Shown here piece after piece: positions 36,235-46,282 of a stretch of DNA of 58,841 bases (the stretch's first letter is position 1; the number at the start of each line of letters is the position of its first letter). The translations under genes and the position numbers were made by a program. The notes below the pieces were generated by a model, which worked only from the letters and a program-made list of their open reading frames with translations, did not search any database and was not told the origin of the DNA. This stretch comes from a virus (taxonomy: Duplodnaviria; Heunggongvirae; Uroviricota; Caudoviricetes): IMG/VR virus record IMGVR_UViG_3300023371_000069; one strand, written 5' to 3'.

Positions 36235-37056
36235 ATGCGTTTTTGTGTAAGTGGCAGACAGCCATATTCAGTTATTAAAATTGCTGACGAAATCAAGTTT
36301 GCATATGCTGATAAGGATAGAATTCTTGACCTCGTTGAAAAGTACCCTGAAAAGACAGTAATTCTTGATGTTCCCGGCCATGAAGGCGATTGGAAGCTAT
36401 GGGAAATGTATAGTGAGAAGTTTGCGGAATTCTATATCGCTCTTCATGATTTAAGTAGAGTTGCTGAATTTAATCAAGCTGGTATCAAATGGTATTGGCC
36501 TTATCCAATTACATCTTATTATGAGTTATCAATGATTGTTAATTTGCATCCAAGTTATCTGATGATTGGTCCTCCGCTAACATTTGATTTGGATAAGATT
36601 GTTCCCCATACATATGATGATAGTGTCGAGGAAAATGCAACACCAATTCCTTTGCGAATGGTGGTTAATGTTGCGCATCCTGCATATCTCCCAACCAATG
36701 GGACACACGGTATGTGCGGCCAGTGGGTGCGCCCGGAAGATGCTAACTTATATGCAACCCGCATCAACTGTTTTGAGTTTGATGAATGCGCTACCCTAAA
36801 GGAAGAAGAGGTTCTATTGAATACTTATAAGTCTGGCACATGGCCCGGTAACTTGAATCTAATTATTAAAAAGTTAGATTTCAACGTTGATAATCGCGCA
36901 ATTCCAGAAGAATTGGGAGAAAGACGAATGACTTGCGGCCAACGATGCTGGTCTGGCTCAGGATGTCATTTGTGTGTGAGCGCGTTTAGGTTTGCCGACC
37001 AGATTCGAAAAGAGCACCTTCGTCGCAACCAGAAGGACGATATTGACAATAATTAA
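36235..37056 (+). CDS. hypothetical protein
   Basis: Track ORF of 273 aa. Confidence 0.5.
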   Translation: MRFCVSGRQPYSVIKIADEIKFAYADKDRILDLVEKYPEKTVILDVPGHEGDWKLWEMYSEKFAEFYIALHDLSRVAEFNQAGIKWYWPYPITSYYELSMIVNLHPSYLMIGPPLTFDLDKIVPHTYDDSVEENATPIPLRMVVNVAHPAYLPTNGTHGMCGQWVRPEDANLYATRINCFEFDECATLKEEEVLLNTYKSGTWPGNLNLIIKKLDFNVDNRAIPEELGERRMTCGQRCWSGSGCHLCVSAFRFADQIRKEHLRRNQKDDIDNN

Positions 37057-37071
37057 AAAAAATGGTATAAT
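37043..37071 (+). promoter_or_regulatory. sigma70-like promoter
   Basis: TTGACAataattaaaaaaaaTGgTATAAT. Confidence 0.55.
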
Positions 37072-37100
37072 ATAATATAAGAGATAAAAGGAGGATACTT

Positions 37101-38084
37101 ATGCGAGTTCTAAGTGATAGTGATTACAAGCTATTTGAACGCTTAGTATCTTTGAGTCAAAAAGAATTAAAGAAGGCTATGGCTCAGTATCTAAAAGCAA
37201 AATATGATAAGGTAATCTTCACGAAAGATTATCTGGTTGCTGTTGGAGATATTCCGATTGCACTTGTTGCTCACTTAGACACTGTGTACAAGACTCCTGT
37301 ATCGAATTTATATTATGACCAAAGAAAAGGCGTGTTGTGGAGCCCAGATGGTTTGGGTGCCGATGACCGAGCAGGCGTATTTGCAATTTTGAAAATATTG
37401 CAAGATGGATATAGACCCTCGGTGATTTTTACAACCGATGAAGAGAAGGGTGGATTGGGTGCAAGTACTCTTGCGATGCGAGATTGTCCCATTCCAAACT
37501 TAAAATATATGATTGAACTTGACCGACGTGGTAGTAATGATTGCGTATTTTACGATTGTTATTGCCCTGAATTTGTTGATTATGTTGAATCATTCGGTTT
37601 CTGTGAGAAATATGGTTCATTCTCTGATATTAGTTTTTTAATGGGAGAATGGTTAGTTTGTGGTGTTAACTTGTCTGTTGGCTATGAGGAAGAACACTCA
37701 TATGCTGAACATCTATATGTTGGACCACTATTTGATACAATTAAGAAAGTTAAAAAGATGCTCGATGAAAAGGACATTCCTGACTTCGAGTATGATGAAT
37801 TGAATATTGCGGCTTCTGCTTGGTGGAAGACTAGCGATACTGTATATGGACAGCATTGTAGTAAATGCAAAAAGCTGTTCATGGAAGAAGAATTATTCCC
37901 AGTAAAGGGTCTTGACGGCAAAAAGAAATATTATTGCCCCGATTGTATTGTCGGAAATGTAAGTTGGTGCAATATCTGCCAAGAGGCATATGAAATCGCA
38001 GACCCTGCAGATGATAAAAAAATGTGTAAGGAGTGTGCGGAAGGCCTATGTACGAAGACATCAGAGAGCAGTTTAAATCAGTAA
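37101..38084 (+). CDS. M28/M20-family metallopeptidase-like protein with a C-terminal Zn-ribbon
   Basis: HLD.., GADDRAG and TTDEEKG motifs are typical of co-catalytic Zn exopeptidases. Confidence 0.45.
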   Translation: MRVLSDSDYKLFERLVSLSQKELKKAMAQYLKAKYDKVIFTKDYLVAVGDIPIALVAHLDTVYKTPVSNLYYDQRKGVLWSPDGLGADDRAGVFAILKILQDGYRPSVIFTTDEEKGGLGASTLAMRDCPIPNLKYMIELDRRGSNDCVFYDCYCPEFVDYVESFGFCEKYGSFSDISFLMGEWLVCGVNLSVGYEEEHSYAEHLYVGPLFDTIKKVKKMLDEKDIPDFEYDELNIAASAWWKTSDTVYGQHCSKCKKLFMEEELFPVKGLDGKKKYYCPDCIVGNVSWCNICQEAYEIADPADDKKMCKECAEGLCTKTSESSLNQ

Positions 38085-39439
38085 TTAGTTTTTCTCAAAA
38101 TATACCTGACCCCAATGTTGATTATCTTTTTAGAGAGTGGGAAGCTAATAAAGCGAAGTTTATTGAGCGATTTGGTGGACTCATCTATGAATGGTCTGAA
38201 CCGATTGAATTTACTTTGGATGAAAACCAGAAGCGAATGAGAGCAATGGAATTTGCGACTACTGTTTCTGATACTTTTAATAATCCTAACTTGGCTGAAT
38301 TTATAGATGAAAATTTGGATGGTTTCTTTGAAAATAAAGTCATTAAGACCTGCGGTGAGAAGGGTATTCCGACCGGAATGAAATTACTCAAAGCATTCAA
38401 GTATTTTGAGCCTAACAAGGCAGCTTTGAGAAGCATTCAAGATATGGCAAGTAATATTATCCAAGAGAATAAGATTAAGGGAACTTTATGTTTCTCTGTT
38501 CATCCTCTTGATTTTCTGTCCAGTAGTGAGAATACATATAACTGGCGTAGCTGTCATGCACTGGATGGAGAATACCGTGCAGGCAATCTGAGTTATATGG
38601 TTGATAAAACCACCTTTATGGTCTATTTGAAAGGCGCAGATAACCAAAAACTATTTGGGTTCGGTCCAGTAGAATGGAATTCTAAGAAGTGGCGTATGTT
38701 AATTCATGTTGCTGAGAATGATGATATTATGTTTGCTGGACGTCAGTATCCATTTAGTTCTAAAAGCGGTATTGATACCGTATTGAATATTTATAATAAT
38801 CTAATGATTGCAGAAAAGCCTTTTGGATATGGTACTTATAAATATGCAGGATGGCGAGCTGATTACGTAGACTCATATGTTCCATATGACGCAACTTCTA
38901 TGGATGTTACATATGATTTAGCAACTCGTTATTTGGTATATGATAATCAGCTGGTAGATATTAGAAGTATTGTAAAAGAAGGACACAATTGTCTGAATTA
39001 TAACGATATTTTGAAGTCTACTTGTTATAAATATCCTTATTATGCAATTTTCGACCCATATAGTTATCATTCTCTATCTCATCTGTTGGAAAATCCAGTA
39101 GTAGTTGGCGAAGAAGTGCCTTGCCTTCATTGCGGCGATGAGTTAATTAGTAATCCTGAGACTATGCGATGCGATGACTGTGAGCTGGAGTATGGTACTG
39201 AGGAGAATGATGTATATAGTTCTTGTGACTGTTGTGGTGCAAGAATTTATGTAGATGATGCAATTTGCGTTGGAGACGATGGAGATTTAATTTGTGATGC
39301 TTGCTTTCATGCACACGCTTTCGTCTGTGATTGCTGCGGCGGTGTCTACTATGAAGCAGACAAAGTCTTCATCCCCGAAAAAAATGACGAAGAAAATGGC
39401 CGGTGGTATTGCCGCGGCTGCTATGAAGATATGGATTAA
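38033..39439 (+). CDS. large Cys-rich protein, paralogue of 32697..34412
   Basis: 468 aa with a shared N-terminal domain and a C-terminal CxxC cluster. Confidence 0.5.
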   Translation: MCGRPMYEDIREQFKSVISFSQNIPDPNVDYLFREWEANKAKFIERFGGLIYEWSEPIEFTLDENQKRMRAMEFATTVSDTFNNPNLAEFIDENLDGFFENKVIKTCGEKGIPTGMKLLKAFKYFEPNKAALRSIQDMASNIIQENKIKGTLCFSVHPLDFLSSSENTYNWRSCHALDGEYRAGNLSYMVDKTTFMVYLKGADNQKLFGFGPVEWNSKKWRMLIHVAENDDIMFAGRQYPFSSKSGIDTVLNIYNNLMIAEKPFGYGTYKYAGWRADYVDSYVPYDATSMDVTYDLATRYLVYDNQLVDIRSIVKEGHNCLNYNDILKSTCYKYPYYAIFDPYSYHSLSHLLENPVVVGEEVPCLHCGDELISNPETMRCDDCELEYGTEENDVYSSCDCCGARIYVDDAICVGDDGDLICDACFHAHAFVCDCCGGVYYEADKVFIPEKNDEENGRWYCRGCYEDMD

Positions 39440-39515
39440 AAGATAAAAATTTCTGGGTAAAATTTTTCAATCTTCTTATCTTAAAAATTATATATAATAG
39501 AAAGAGGTGAGAAAA

Positions 39516-40244
39516 ATGCCTAAAAGCGAAAATTTAGTTGGGCAAGTATTTCATAGATTAACAGTTATTTCCAAAGATGCTGAAGCATCTAAAAAGCATG
39601 GACGTTCTTATTGGCTATGTTAGTGTGAATGTGGAAAATAGAAAGTAATCGCAGGATTGAGTCTAAAAAATGGAGCTACAAAAAGTTGTGGTTGCTTACG
39701 CAATGAACGAGTATTTGAAGCTATTGCAAAAGATGAAGTTGGTAATCATTATGGAAAATTAACTGTTTTATCTATGGATAAAGAACGAGATAGTTTTGGA
39801 CGTATTAAATGGATATGCCAATGTGAATGTGGTAATATAAAATCTATTAGTGGGTCAGATTTGCGAAGTGGTAATACTCAAAGTTGTGGATGTATTTCTC
39901 GAATTTCTCGTGGAGAGCAAAAAATTATTGATATTTTAGAGCAATTTAATATATCATACATTAGAGAATATAAACCAATAAATTTGGGTAATAAAAGATT
40001 TGACTTTGCTATTTTAAATGATAATAATGAAGTAATTCGTTTAATTGAATTCGATGGAGAGCAACATTATAAAGAAAGTAATTGGGAACGAGAAAAGTTA
40101 AGTCGTACCCAAGAATCTGATAAAATTAAAAATCATTATGCTTTAAGTCTATCTATTCCTTTAGTAAGAATTCCATATTGGGAATTAGAAAACTTAAATT
40201 ATAATATGCTATTTTCACAACATTATGAAATAAAAGGAGAATAA
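39516..40244 (+). CDS. putative homing endonuclease (CxC-repeat N-domain plus DUF559/Vsr-like IEFDGEQHY..RIPY C-domain) with 2 in-frame TAG near 39622 and 39640
   Basis: ATG has AGAGGTGAG upstream. The frame continues through ..WLC[TAG]CECGK[TAG]KVIAG.. into track ORF 39657..40244. It is a paralogue of 4355..5118. Start coordinate is +/-1. Confidence 0.5.
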
Positions 40245-40246
40245 TT

Positions 40247-40561
40247 ATGGCACGTGGAGCTATTGGAAAACAAAACGTCATTAACAAAATCAAAGAGGCA
40301 TTCGGGGCAGATTTTATTGGAGAATATGACAAGAAAATTTACGTTTATACACAGGAGAATGGTGAACGTATCCAAATTGCACTTTCTCTGACTTGTCCTA
40401 AGGTTCAGGTCGCTGTGGCAGATGCCCCGGCAACAGGAGATTTTAACTTTGAGGATGACGCACCTTCTACTGTGGTTGCGGCCAGTGCTTTCCAGCCTGC
40501 CGAAATCTCTGATGAAGAGCGTGCCAGAGTTAATGATTTGATGGCAAAGCTCGGTTTGTAA
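40247..40561 (+). CDS. hypothetical protein
   Basis: Track ORF. SD AAGGAG. Confidence 0.5.
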   Translation: MARGAIGKQNVINKIKEAFGADFIGEYDKKIYVYTQENGERIQIALSLTCPKVQVAVADAPATGDFNFEDDAPSTVVAASAFQPAEISDEERARVNDLMAKLGL

Positions 40562-40632
40562 TTCGGTTGGGCGGAAACGCCCAATTTGAATTTCTAATTT
40601 TTTATAAATATTACTTTCCCAAAAAATCTTAA

Positions 40633-40661
40633 TTGATTTTTTGAAAAAATTATGTTATAAT
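40633..40661 (+). promoter_or_regulatory. class 2 promoter cassette
   Basis: Cassette consensus. Start of the tRNA array. Confidence 0.6.
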
Positions 40662-40705
40662 ATATATGTAAGATAAAGAAAGGCACTTACAGCAAACTAC
40701 AAATT

Positions 40706-40777
40706 TTTGCGATAGTCAAATGGTTAAGACATTACCCTCCTACGGTGAAAGTTGGGGTTCAAATCCCCATTGCAGTT
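40706..40777 (+). tRNA. tRNA-Arg(CCU)-like
   Basis: D-arm, anticodon arm TTACC/CTCCTAC/GGTGA and T-arm TGGGG/TTCAAAT/CCCCA. The acceptor stem has a 1:72 mismatch and two G:U pairs. Confidence 0.4.
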
Positions 40778-40796
40778 AAATTTAGTGCCTTGATAT

Positions 40797-40871
40797 AGGG
40801 GAATCGTATAATGGCTAGTACGACAGTCTCCAAAACTGCTTGTTGGGGTTCGAGTCCCTATTCCCCTGCCA
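40797..40871 (+). tRNA. tRNA-Trp(CCA)
   Basis: Acceptor AGGGGAA/TTCCCCT, anticodon loop CTCCAAA, T-loop TTCGAGT, encoded CCA. Confidence 0.65.
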
Positions 40872-40892
40872 AAAGAAAGGAATGTGGTATTT

Positions 40893-41063
40893 ATGCATCA
40901 ACATTTTGTAAAAGGTAAAAAACTATTACTTATTTTCAAAGATGGGCATCAAGAACTCGGGAAATATAGAGTGACCGATAAAGGTATTCTGTATTTTTCT
41001 GACCGTAAACCAGTTCCTTTAGATAAGCTGCGATGTGCAGGTTATTATAAACCAGCAACATAA
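40893..41063 (+). CDS. small hypothetical protein (56 aa)
   Basis: ATG-initiated ORF between tRNAs. Not in the ORF track (<60 aa). Confidence 0.3.
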   Translation: MHQHFVKGKKLLLIFKDGHQELGKYRVTDKGILYFSDRKPVPLDKLRCAGYYKPAT

Positions 41064-41069
41064 ACTTCT

Positions 41070-41098
41070 TTGATTTTTATAAAAAAATATGTTATAAT
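41070..41098 (+). promoter_or_regulatory. class 2 promoter cassette
   Basis: Cassette consensus. Confidence 0.6.
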
Positions 41099-41131
41099 AT
41101 TTATGTAAGATAAAGAAAGGAAATGATAGCT

Positions 41132-41518
41132 ATGGAAAAATCTTATTTTGATAGACCTACGCAGGTTGTGTTCGCTGACCCCGATAATCCCGGCGAGTGG
41201 CTTTCCGGTATCGCTTATCGAGATGAAATTATCTGCGGCTGTTGCGGCGGAGTATTCGATATCGACGATGTAATCGAGATGGCTCGCGAGGACGGTGTCA
41301 AATGCGCAATTCACGAGTATCACGAATGGAATGATATTGCTGATGAAATCGTTGGCGGTGAACTCCCCGAGACTCTGGACCGCAACGAAGATGGTGAAAT
41401 CTATGAGGTTTCTGATGAAGATTACGAGCAGCACTCTTTCCTTTTGGAAGAGGAAGAGGAAGCAGCTGTTTTCGCTAACACTTGGGTTGATGGCGTGGCA
41501 ATGCCCTCCATTAACTAA
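41132..41518 (+). CDS. acidic Cys-containing protein
   Basis: ATG follows aaagaaaggaaatgatagct. Confidence 0.5.
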   Translation: MEKSYFDRPTQVVFADPDNPGEWLSGIAYRDEIICGCCGGVFDIDDVIEMAREDGVKCAIHEYHEWNDIADEIVGGELPETLDRNEDGEIYEVSDEDYEQHSFLLEEEEEAAVFANTWVDGVAMPSIN

Positions 41519-41534
41519 GTAAAAAGATTTCTCT

Positions 41535-41563
41535 TTGATTTTTCAAAAAAAATATGTTATAAT
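41535..41563 (+). promoter_or_regulatory. class 2 promoter cassette
   Basis: Cassette consensus. Confidence 0.6.
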
Positions 41564-41655
41564 ATATATGTAAGGTAAAGAAAGTGATATGCACGAATCG
41601 CTTTCGATTCCATACAACCTTTTCCATTAAAAAGACGGTAACAGCAATTAAACGA

Positions 41656-41745
41656 TTGCTTGGGGTGCCGGAAGTCGCAGGTTCGAGTCCTGCCTCCCGC
41701 TCCGCTTATGCGGGAGTAGTTCAGCTGGATAGAACGCCGTATATC
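41656..41745 (+). other. permuted tRNA-like element (3' part with Pro-like loop TTGGGGT, T-arm and acceptor 3' strand, then the complementary 5' part with D-arm)
   Basis: ..GCAGGTTCGAGTCCTGC CTCCCGC TCC, then GCGGGAG TA GTTC AGCTGGATA GAAC. Confidence 0.4.
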
Positions 41746-42039
41746 GAAAAAATCCCGTCTTGAAAAAGTACCAAGAGGCTGATAAGAAATGGGTTAGCTG
41801 CCAAAGTATTTGATGTGAGGTGCCGGTCTGAGTAGCCGTATTGCCGGATAATAGAGCTACAGCGTTTGAGATGGTCAGCAGCCACCCTTTGTCGTTTGCT
41901 ACAAGAACGAAAGATGATTGGCTCGCCCCTAAGGATTATGGACTTAACAGGTGGGTTAAGGCGGATGGTAAAGTCCAATGCTAGTGTGGGTTTGATAGTT
42001 TCCCTCTCTGCGGAGGAAAAACTAATCAAAAAATCTTTC

Positions 42040-42068
42040 TTGATTTTTTACAAAAAATATGTTATAAT
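42040..42068 (+). promoter_or_regulatory. class 2 promoter cassette
   Basis: Cassette consensus. Confidence 0.6.
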
Positions 42069-42100
42069 ATATATGTAAGATAAAGAAAGAAATTAAATAT

Positions 42101-42176
42101 TGCCCTGTAGCTCAGTCGGTAGAGCGCCAGACTGTTAATCTGGATGTCGTGGGTTCGAGCCCCACCGGGGCAGCCA
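42101..42176 (+). tRNA. tRNA-Asn(GUU)
   Basis: Acceptor TGCCCTG/CGGGGCA, anticodon loop CTGTTAA, encoded CCA. Confidence 0.75.
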
Positions 42177-42320
42177 GCCGTAAGGCGTTTGTTGTTGTGA
42201 GGATTTTCTCGCTCGGAGGTTTTAGTACACCGTTTCTCCGGTAACCAAATATAAGCGGGTACACTCTCAAGTACCGCCCCAGAGTCGAGAGTATAATAAA
42301 ACTCGTGGGGCACTCCGCCT

Positions 42321-42405
<85 letters not shown>

Positions 42406-42586
42406 CGATGCCCAGCGTTGCGGCTGGGGGCAGAAAAATTGCTCGTGTCCATACGATAGTTGGGCGTTTGTTGAGGAAACTACGAGAAATAAGTATCCTC
42501 CCTCAATCAAGTGGTCGAAGTCCGAGGTTAAAGTCTTATGCCAGGGTGGTTGGCAACTCCATCAGTACATAAATAAGTTGCAATAT

Positions 42587-42662
42587 GGGGTCGTAGCTCA
42601 GTTGGGAGAGCACCTGCCTTGCAAGCAGGGGGTCGCGGGTTCAAGTCCCGTCTTCTCCACCA
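42587..42662 (+). tRNA. tRNA-Ala(UGC)
   Basis: Anticodon loop CTTGCAA and G3:U70. The acceptor has U:U and C:U mismatches at 5:68 and 6:67. CCA is encoded. Confidence 0.5.
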
Positions 42663-42665
42663 TAT

Positions 42666-42736
42666 GTTTTTCTGGTCTAAGGGTAGGGCGACGGCGAGGG
42701 AAGCCGTAGATGTTGGTTCGATTCCAGCGGAAAACA
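42666..42736 (+). tRNA. tRNA-like gene with an atypical anticodon loop (GAGGGAA, no U33)
   Basis: Good acceptor GTTTTTC/GGAAAAC, D-arm and T-arm. Anticodon identity is uncertain. Possibly a pseudogene. Confidence 0.3.
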
Positions 42737-43174
42737 TATTAGATTTATAAAAGCTCCGTTAGTTTAATGGCGAGAACGCACGAAGTAATAGGTGTTGTAT
42801 CGGTTCGAGTCCGGTACGGAGAAATCTCTCCTGGCTGTGTAAGCTAAGGTGAGTGGGTTATCGATTAGAAGAGATGGCGTTGATAATATTAGCCGATAGA
42901 GATGTATGATAACTCTTTATTAAAGTTAAGTCCTTTAGTAGTGTTTTTGTCTTTGAGTTTGCTATGAGTTGGGACTATAAACTGAACTCCAAAAGAAGAA
43001 AGACGGTTGTGCGAGTGCCCTAAAACGCTCCGGTACGGCCTTACCGCAACAGGAACAGCCCTAAATGGGGCGGTAAAGATACATGGTGTGTTTAGTTGAT
43101 TCATTGCCGGAAGAATTAGAATCGCCAGTGATGCTGCTGTGCGGGGCTGCAGACCCCTAAAATGCGTTTAACAT

Positions 43175-43261
43175 GGGGATATGATGGAATTGGTAGACGT
43201 GTCAGACTCAAAATCTGATGACCGAGAGGTCGTGTGGGTTCGAGTCCCACTATCCCCACCA
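43175..43261 (+). tRNA. tRNA-Leu(CAA), type II
   Basis: Acceptor GGGGATA/TATCCCC, loop CTCAAAA, long variable arm, encoded CCA. Confidence 0.7.
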
Positions 43262-43361
43262 AGAGGGCCGGTCATACGCGTTAATACCGGATAGCCAAAG
43301 CGAAGTTCCCAATGCGGGTTGCAAACTGCTGCGGTAAAATATTCTCCCCTCCGCCAAATAT

Positions 43362-43446
43362 GTCCGAGTGATGGAATAGGCAGACATGCTACATTCAGAG
43401 TGTAGTGTCGAAAGACGTGCGGGTTCAAGTCCCGCCTGGGACACCA
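43362..43446 (+). tRNA. tRNA-Leu(CAG), type II
   Basis: Loop TTCAGAG, disc A, long variable arm. One G:G mismatch in the acceptor. Confidence 0.55.
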
Positions 43447-43684
43447 TCGGGGAAAGCCCGACAAAAAACATTGCAGAGAATAACATGGTTTAGAGTGAGT
43501 ACATGAGTAATAGCTATAGGCAGCTAAACCGGGCCTGGCTATAGGGGTGTGCCGAGAGTTTGGAGCGATGTTCTCTTCAACCGAGACAAGATGGGAGGAA
43601 ACGAGCGAATAGTCCTCACCGTCCATGGAACGGCGACGCGGTAAAGAATTCGTAACCGCACTTGTAGTAGGTTATCTTTAATAT

Positions 43685-43760
<76 letters not shown>

Positions 43761-43930
43761 TTGACTTTATATGAGTCTGAGGCTAGGGTCGGCTTGACAA
43801 CAAATGACTCACAGGTAGCGGCGAACTGGACAATCTAGCCGTGGGCTTCAGTGCATGGTCCCTATTATGCTCCGGCACCTTGGATGCTGAGAAGTGGTTG
43901 CTAGCGCCATTCCAAATCAAAAAATCTTTC

Positions 43931-43959
43931 TTGATTTTTTACAAAAAATATGTTATAAT
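43931..43959 (+). promoter_or_regulatory. class 2 promoter cassette
   Basis: Cassette consensus. Confidence 0.6.
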
Positions 43960-43993
43960 ATATATGTAAGATAAAGAAAGAGAGGTAATTCAA

Positions 43994-44119
43994 ATGCAGA
44001 AATTTGATGATTTTGACACTCAGATTCAGTGTGAAGAAGTCTACAATGAAGAAATGTATGAAGCCTGGATGGCTTACAATGACTCTCTTGAAGACCCGAG
44101 GTACATTGATGAAGAATAA
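43994..44119 (+). CDS. tiny acidic ORF (41 aa)
   Basis: ATG follows agaaagagaggtaattcaa. Confidence 0.3.
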   Translation: MQKFDDFDTQIQCEEVYNEEMYEAWMAYNDSLEDPRYIDEE

Positions 44120-44122
44120 TTT

Positions 44123-44197
44123 GGCCCCTTAGTCAAGCGGTTAAGACGCCGCCCTTTCACGGCGGAGACGGGAGTTCGACTCTCCCAGGGGTCACCA
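44123..44197 (+). tRNA. tRNA-Glu(UUC)
   Basis: Loop CTTTCAC, T-loop TTCGACT, encoded CCA. Confidence 0.75.
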
Positions 44198-44392
44198 GGA
44201 GCGAAGTAACAGTGGGAAGTCATGACTGAACCTGCGAAAAACTCAGAGGTTTGTTCGCGTATGAGAAAAACGCTTCTTGAGCCTTACAAAAACGAAGCGG
44301 GAATGTCTCCTAGAGCTGCGGTTGAGAGGAAATGCCGAGCGGTGTGAGAAACCTTACAATCTCTTGGGCGGGTGCGCAACTGCCCAATATCT

Positions 44393-44467
44393 GGCCCCGT
44401 AGTCAAGCGGTTAAGACGTCGGCCTCTCACGCCGAAGACCCGGGTTCGATTCCCGGCGGGGTCACCA
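44393..44467 (+). tRNA. tRNA-Glu(CUC)
   Basis: Loop CTCTCAC, encoded CCA. Confidence 0.75.
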
Positions 44468-44844
44468 TTGGGCAAAGCCCACAAATGCGTTAACATGGAT
44501 TTGTAAGTTAAACTACCACCGGCTGAGGATACGCAGAGCAATACTGATGCCTTGGATATGTGGCTTTAGTGGAAAACGCTATATAAAGAAGCAAAGTAAA
44601 CTTACACAAGCGAATGAGCAGACAAATTGCGGCCAATAGACTTTCGCTACCGCAAAGATACTGAAACGGGTCAGGTCCAATCGCCCGACTAAGATGCTGA
44701 GGTAAATGAGGTTGGTTTGGGGCTTACTTATGGAAAGCATAAGGACATCCTACGAAAGTAGAGGTACACTCCCCTGTAAAATGCCTACGGCAGTAAAGGT
44801 GGCTCTGAAAAATGTGTCCGCTTAGTCTATAGTATCTTACATAT

Positions 44845-44922
44845 AGCTTCGTAGAGAAGCCTGGAGTTCTCGCCAGTCTGTCACACTGGAAATCGCGGGT
44901 TCAAATCCCGTCGAAGCTGCCA
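44845..44922 (+). tRNA. tRNA-Asp(GUC)
   Basis: Acceptor AGCTTCG/CGAAGCT, loop CTGTCAC, encoded CCA. Confidence 0.65.
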
Positions 44923-45090
44923 TAAAGGTATGTTCCCAGTACCTTGTAGCGGAAAACCTGGGCGTGGAAGAGGAGACGAAAGAATCGCTTTTTTAAGTAG
45001 TAAGTTTTGATGGAGAAACTGCTTCGGGTGTTGATGTGACCCTAGGGCTTAAGAGCATATTAGAGGATAGCTGTCCAACATCATTTATAT

Positions 45091-45167
45091 GGCTTCGTAG
45101 TTCAGTAGCGTAGAATGCCAGCCTGTCACGCTGGAGGTCGGGGGTTCGAGTCCCCTCGGAGTCGCCA
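45091..45167 (+). tRNA. tRNA-Asp(GUC), second copy
   Basis: Acceptor GGCTTCG/CGGAGTC, loop CTGTCAC, encoded CCA. Confidence 0.7.
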
Positions 45168-45279
45168 TCATCCTAACAAAGGAGGATTTTGCTTATGATT
45201 GTATTTGTTAAATCCACTTCGGAGGACACTCCAATCGGCTGATTGGGTTCCTGGGCATGAACAGAAACTGCCCACTATA

Positions 45280-45811
45280 TGCCCGAGTAGCTCAGTTGGT
45301 TTAGAGCGCCGCCCTCATATCGAGCAATACCATATTTGTAAAAAGTAATGGATACAAATATTAAAGGAACAATTACAGAATTAAAGTGTAAAACTTACTT
45401 TTTAGAATTAGGTTATATGGTTTCTACACCAGAAAGCCCAGTTCGATATGACTTCATTTTAGATACTGGTAAAGAGTTGCTGAAAATTCAAGTCAAAACC
45501 AGTCATACCGATGGAGAAAAAATTATCTTCAAAACGAGTTCAACTCATATTACCGCAAAAGGAAATACAGTGCATCACTATAAAGATGATGGTATAGATT
45601 ATTTTTGCACTTGGTTTGATAATGAATGTTATTTGGTACCTGTGCAAGATTGCGGAAAAAGTGAAAAATATTTACGATTGATTCCCACTAAAAATGGGCA
45701 AGTCAAAAATATTGCTTTTGCGAAAGACTATGTTGCAAAGGAGGTCTTAGCAAATAAGTGAGCTTGATATGAAGGCGGAGGTCGTGGGTTCGATTCCCAC
45801 CTTTGGTACCA
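45280..45811 (+). tRNA. tRNA-Met(CAU)-like gene interrupted in the anticodon loop by a 454-nt insertion encoding a nuclease
   Basis: 5' part GCCCGAG TA GCTC..GAGC G CCGCC CTCAT (45280-45317). 3' part AA GGCGG AGGTC GTGGG TTCGATT CCCAC CTTTGGT A CCA (45772-45811). The anticodon stem matches across the break, but the acceptor pairing is imperfect. Confidence 0.4.
45348..45761 (+). CDS. Hjc-like PD-(D/E)xK nuclease, putative homing endonuclease (copy 1)
   Basis: Paralogue of 53105..53512 and 56023..56430. Sits inside the split tRNA gene. Confidence 0.5.
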   Translation: MDTNIKGTITELKCKTYFLELGYMVSTPESPVRYDFILDTGKELLKIQVKTSHTDGEKIIFKTSSTHITAKGNTVHHYKDDGIDYFCTWFDNECYLVPVQDCGKSEKYLRLIPTKNGQVKNIAFAKDYVAKEVLANK

Positions 45812-45888
45812 ACCGCTAAGGCGGTTTTCATTTCCTTTCATGTGCGGTCGTGGGGGCTCCGACCGGAAAAACAATCCCCCTTTGATAT

Positions 45889-45965
45889 TGCAGGGTAGAG
45901 CAGTCTGGCAGCTCGTCGGGTTCATAACCCGGAGGTCGGAGGTTCGAATCCTTCCCCTGCACCCA
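45889..45965 (+). tRNA. tRNA-Met(CAU), possibly the initiator type (3 G:C pairs in the anticodon stem)
   Basis: Acceptor TGCAGGG/CCCTGCA. Anticodon arm TCGGG/TTCATAA/CCCGG. Encoded CCA. Confidence 0.6.
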
Positions 45966-45966
45966 T

Positions 45967-46043
45967 TGCGGAGTGGAGCAGATGGTAGCTCGTTAGCCTC
46001 ATAAGCTAAAGGTCGCTGGTTCGAGTCCAGCCTCTCGCACCCA
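45967..46043 (+). tRNA. tRNA(CAU) (Met, or Ile2 if modified)
   Basis: Anticodon arm TTAGC/CTCATAA/GCTAA. The acceptor has a mismatch and a bulge. Confidence 0.4.
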
Positions 46044-46109
46044 AGGGATAGCACTCCCTTTCTTGACGTGATGTTTTTTAGGCACACACAGCAATATTTT
46101 TCTTTAAGA

Positions 46110-46172
46110 AAAAATTTAGCTCATTTGGTAGAGCAATTGTCTGTTAAACAATGTGTAGTGGGTTCAATTCCC
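46110..46172 (+). tRNA. tRNA-Asn(GUU)-like with an A/T-rich acceptor, possible pseudogene
   Basis: Anticodon arm ATTGT/CTGTTAA/ACAAT. No CCA. Confidence 0.25.
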
Positions 46173-46282
46173 TCAATTCTTTCTTTTGTGCCTAGTCAAA
46201 AGCATCGGCAGACTGAAAATTGGACTGAAAAATTTAATGTGGTCTACTTAAAATTCAATAATAGTAGAAGGAGTTGAGTTTT

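Noticed and set aside
45318-45771. Calling the insertion in tRNA-Met a group I intron
   Set aside because: It shows the U(-1)/terminal-G hallmarks. However, 414 of its 454 nt are the nuclease ORF, leaving no space for a P3-P9 catalytic core. It is kept only as an intron-like insertion.
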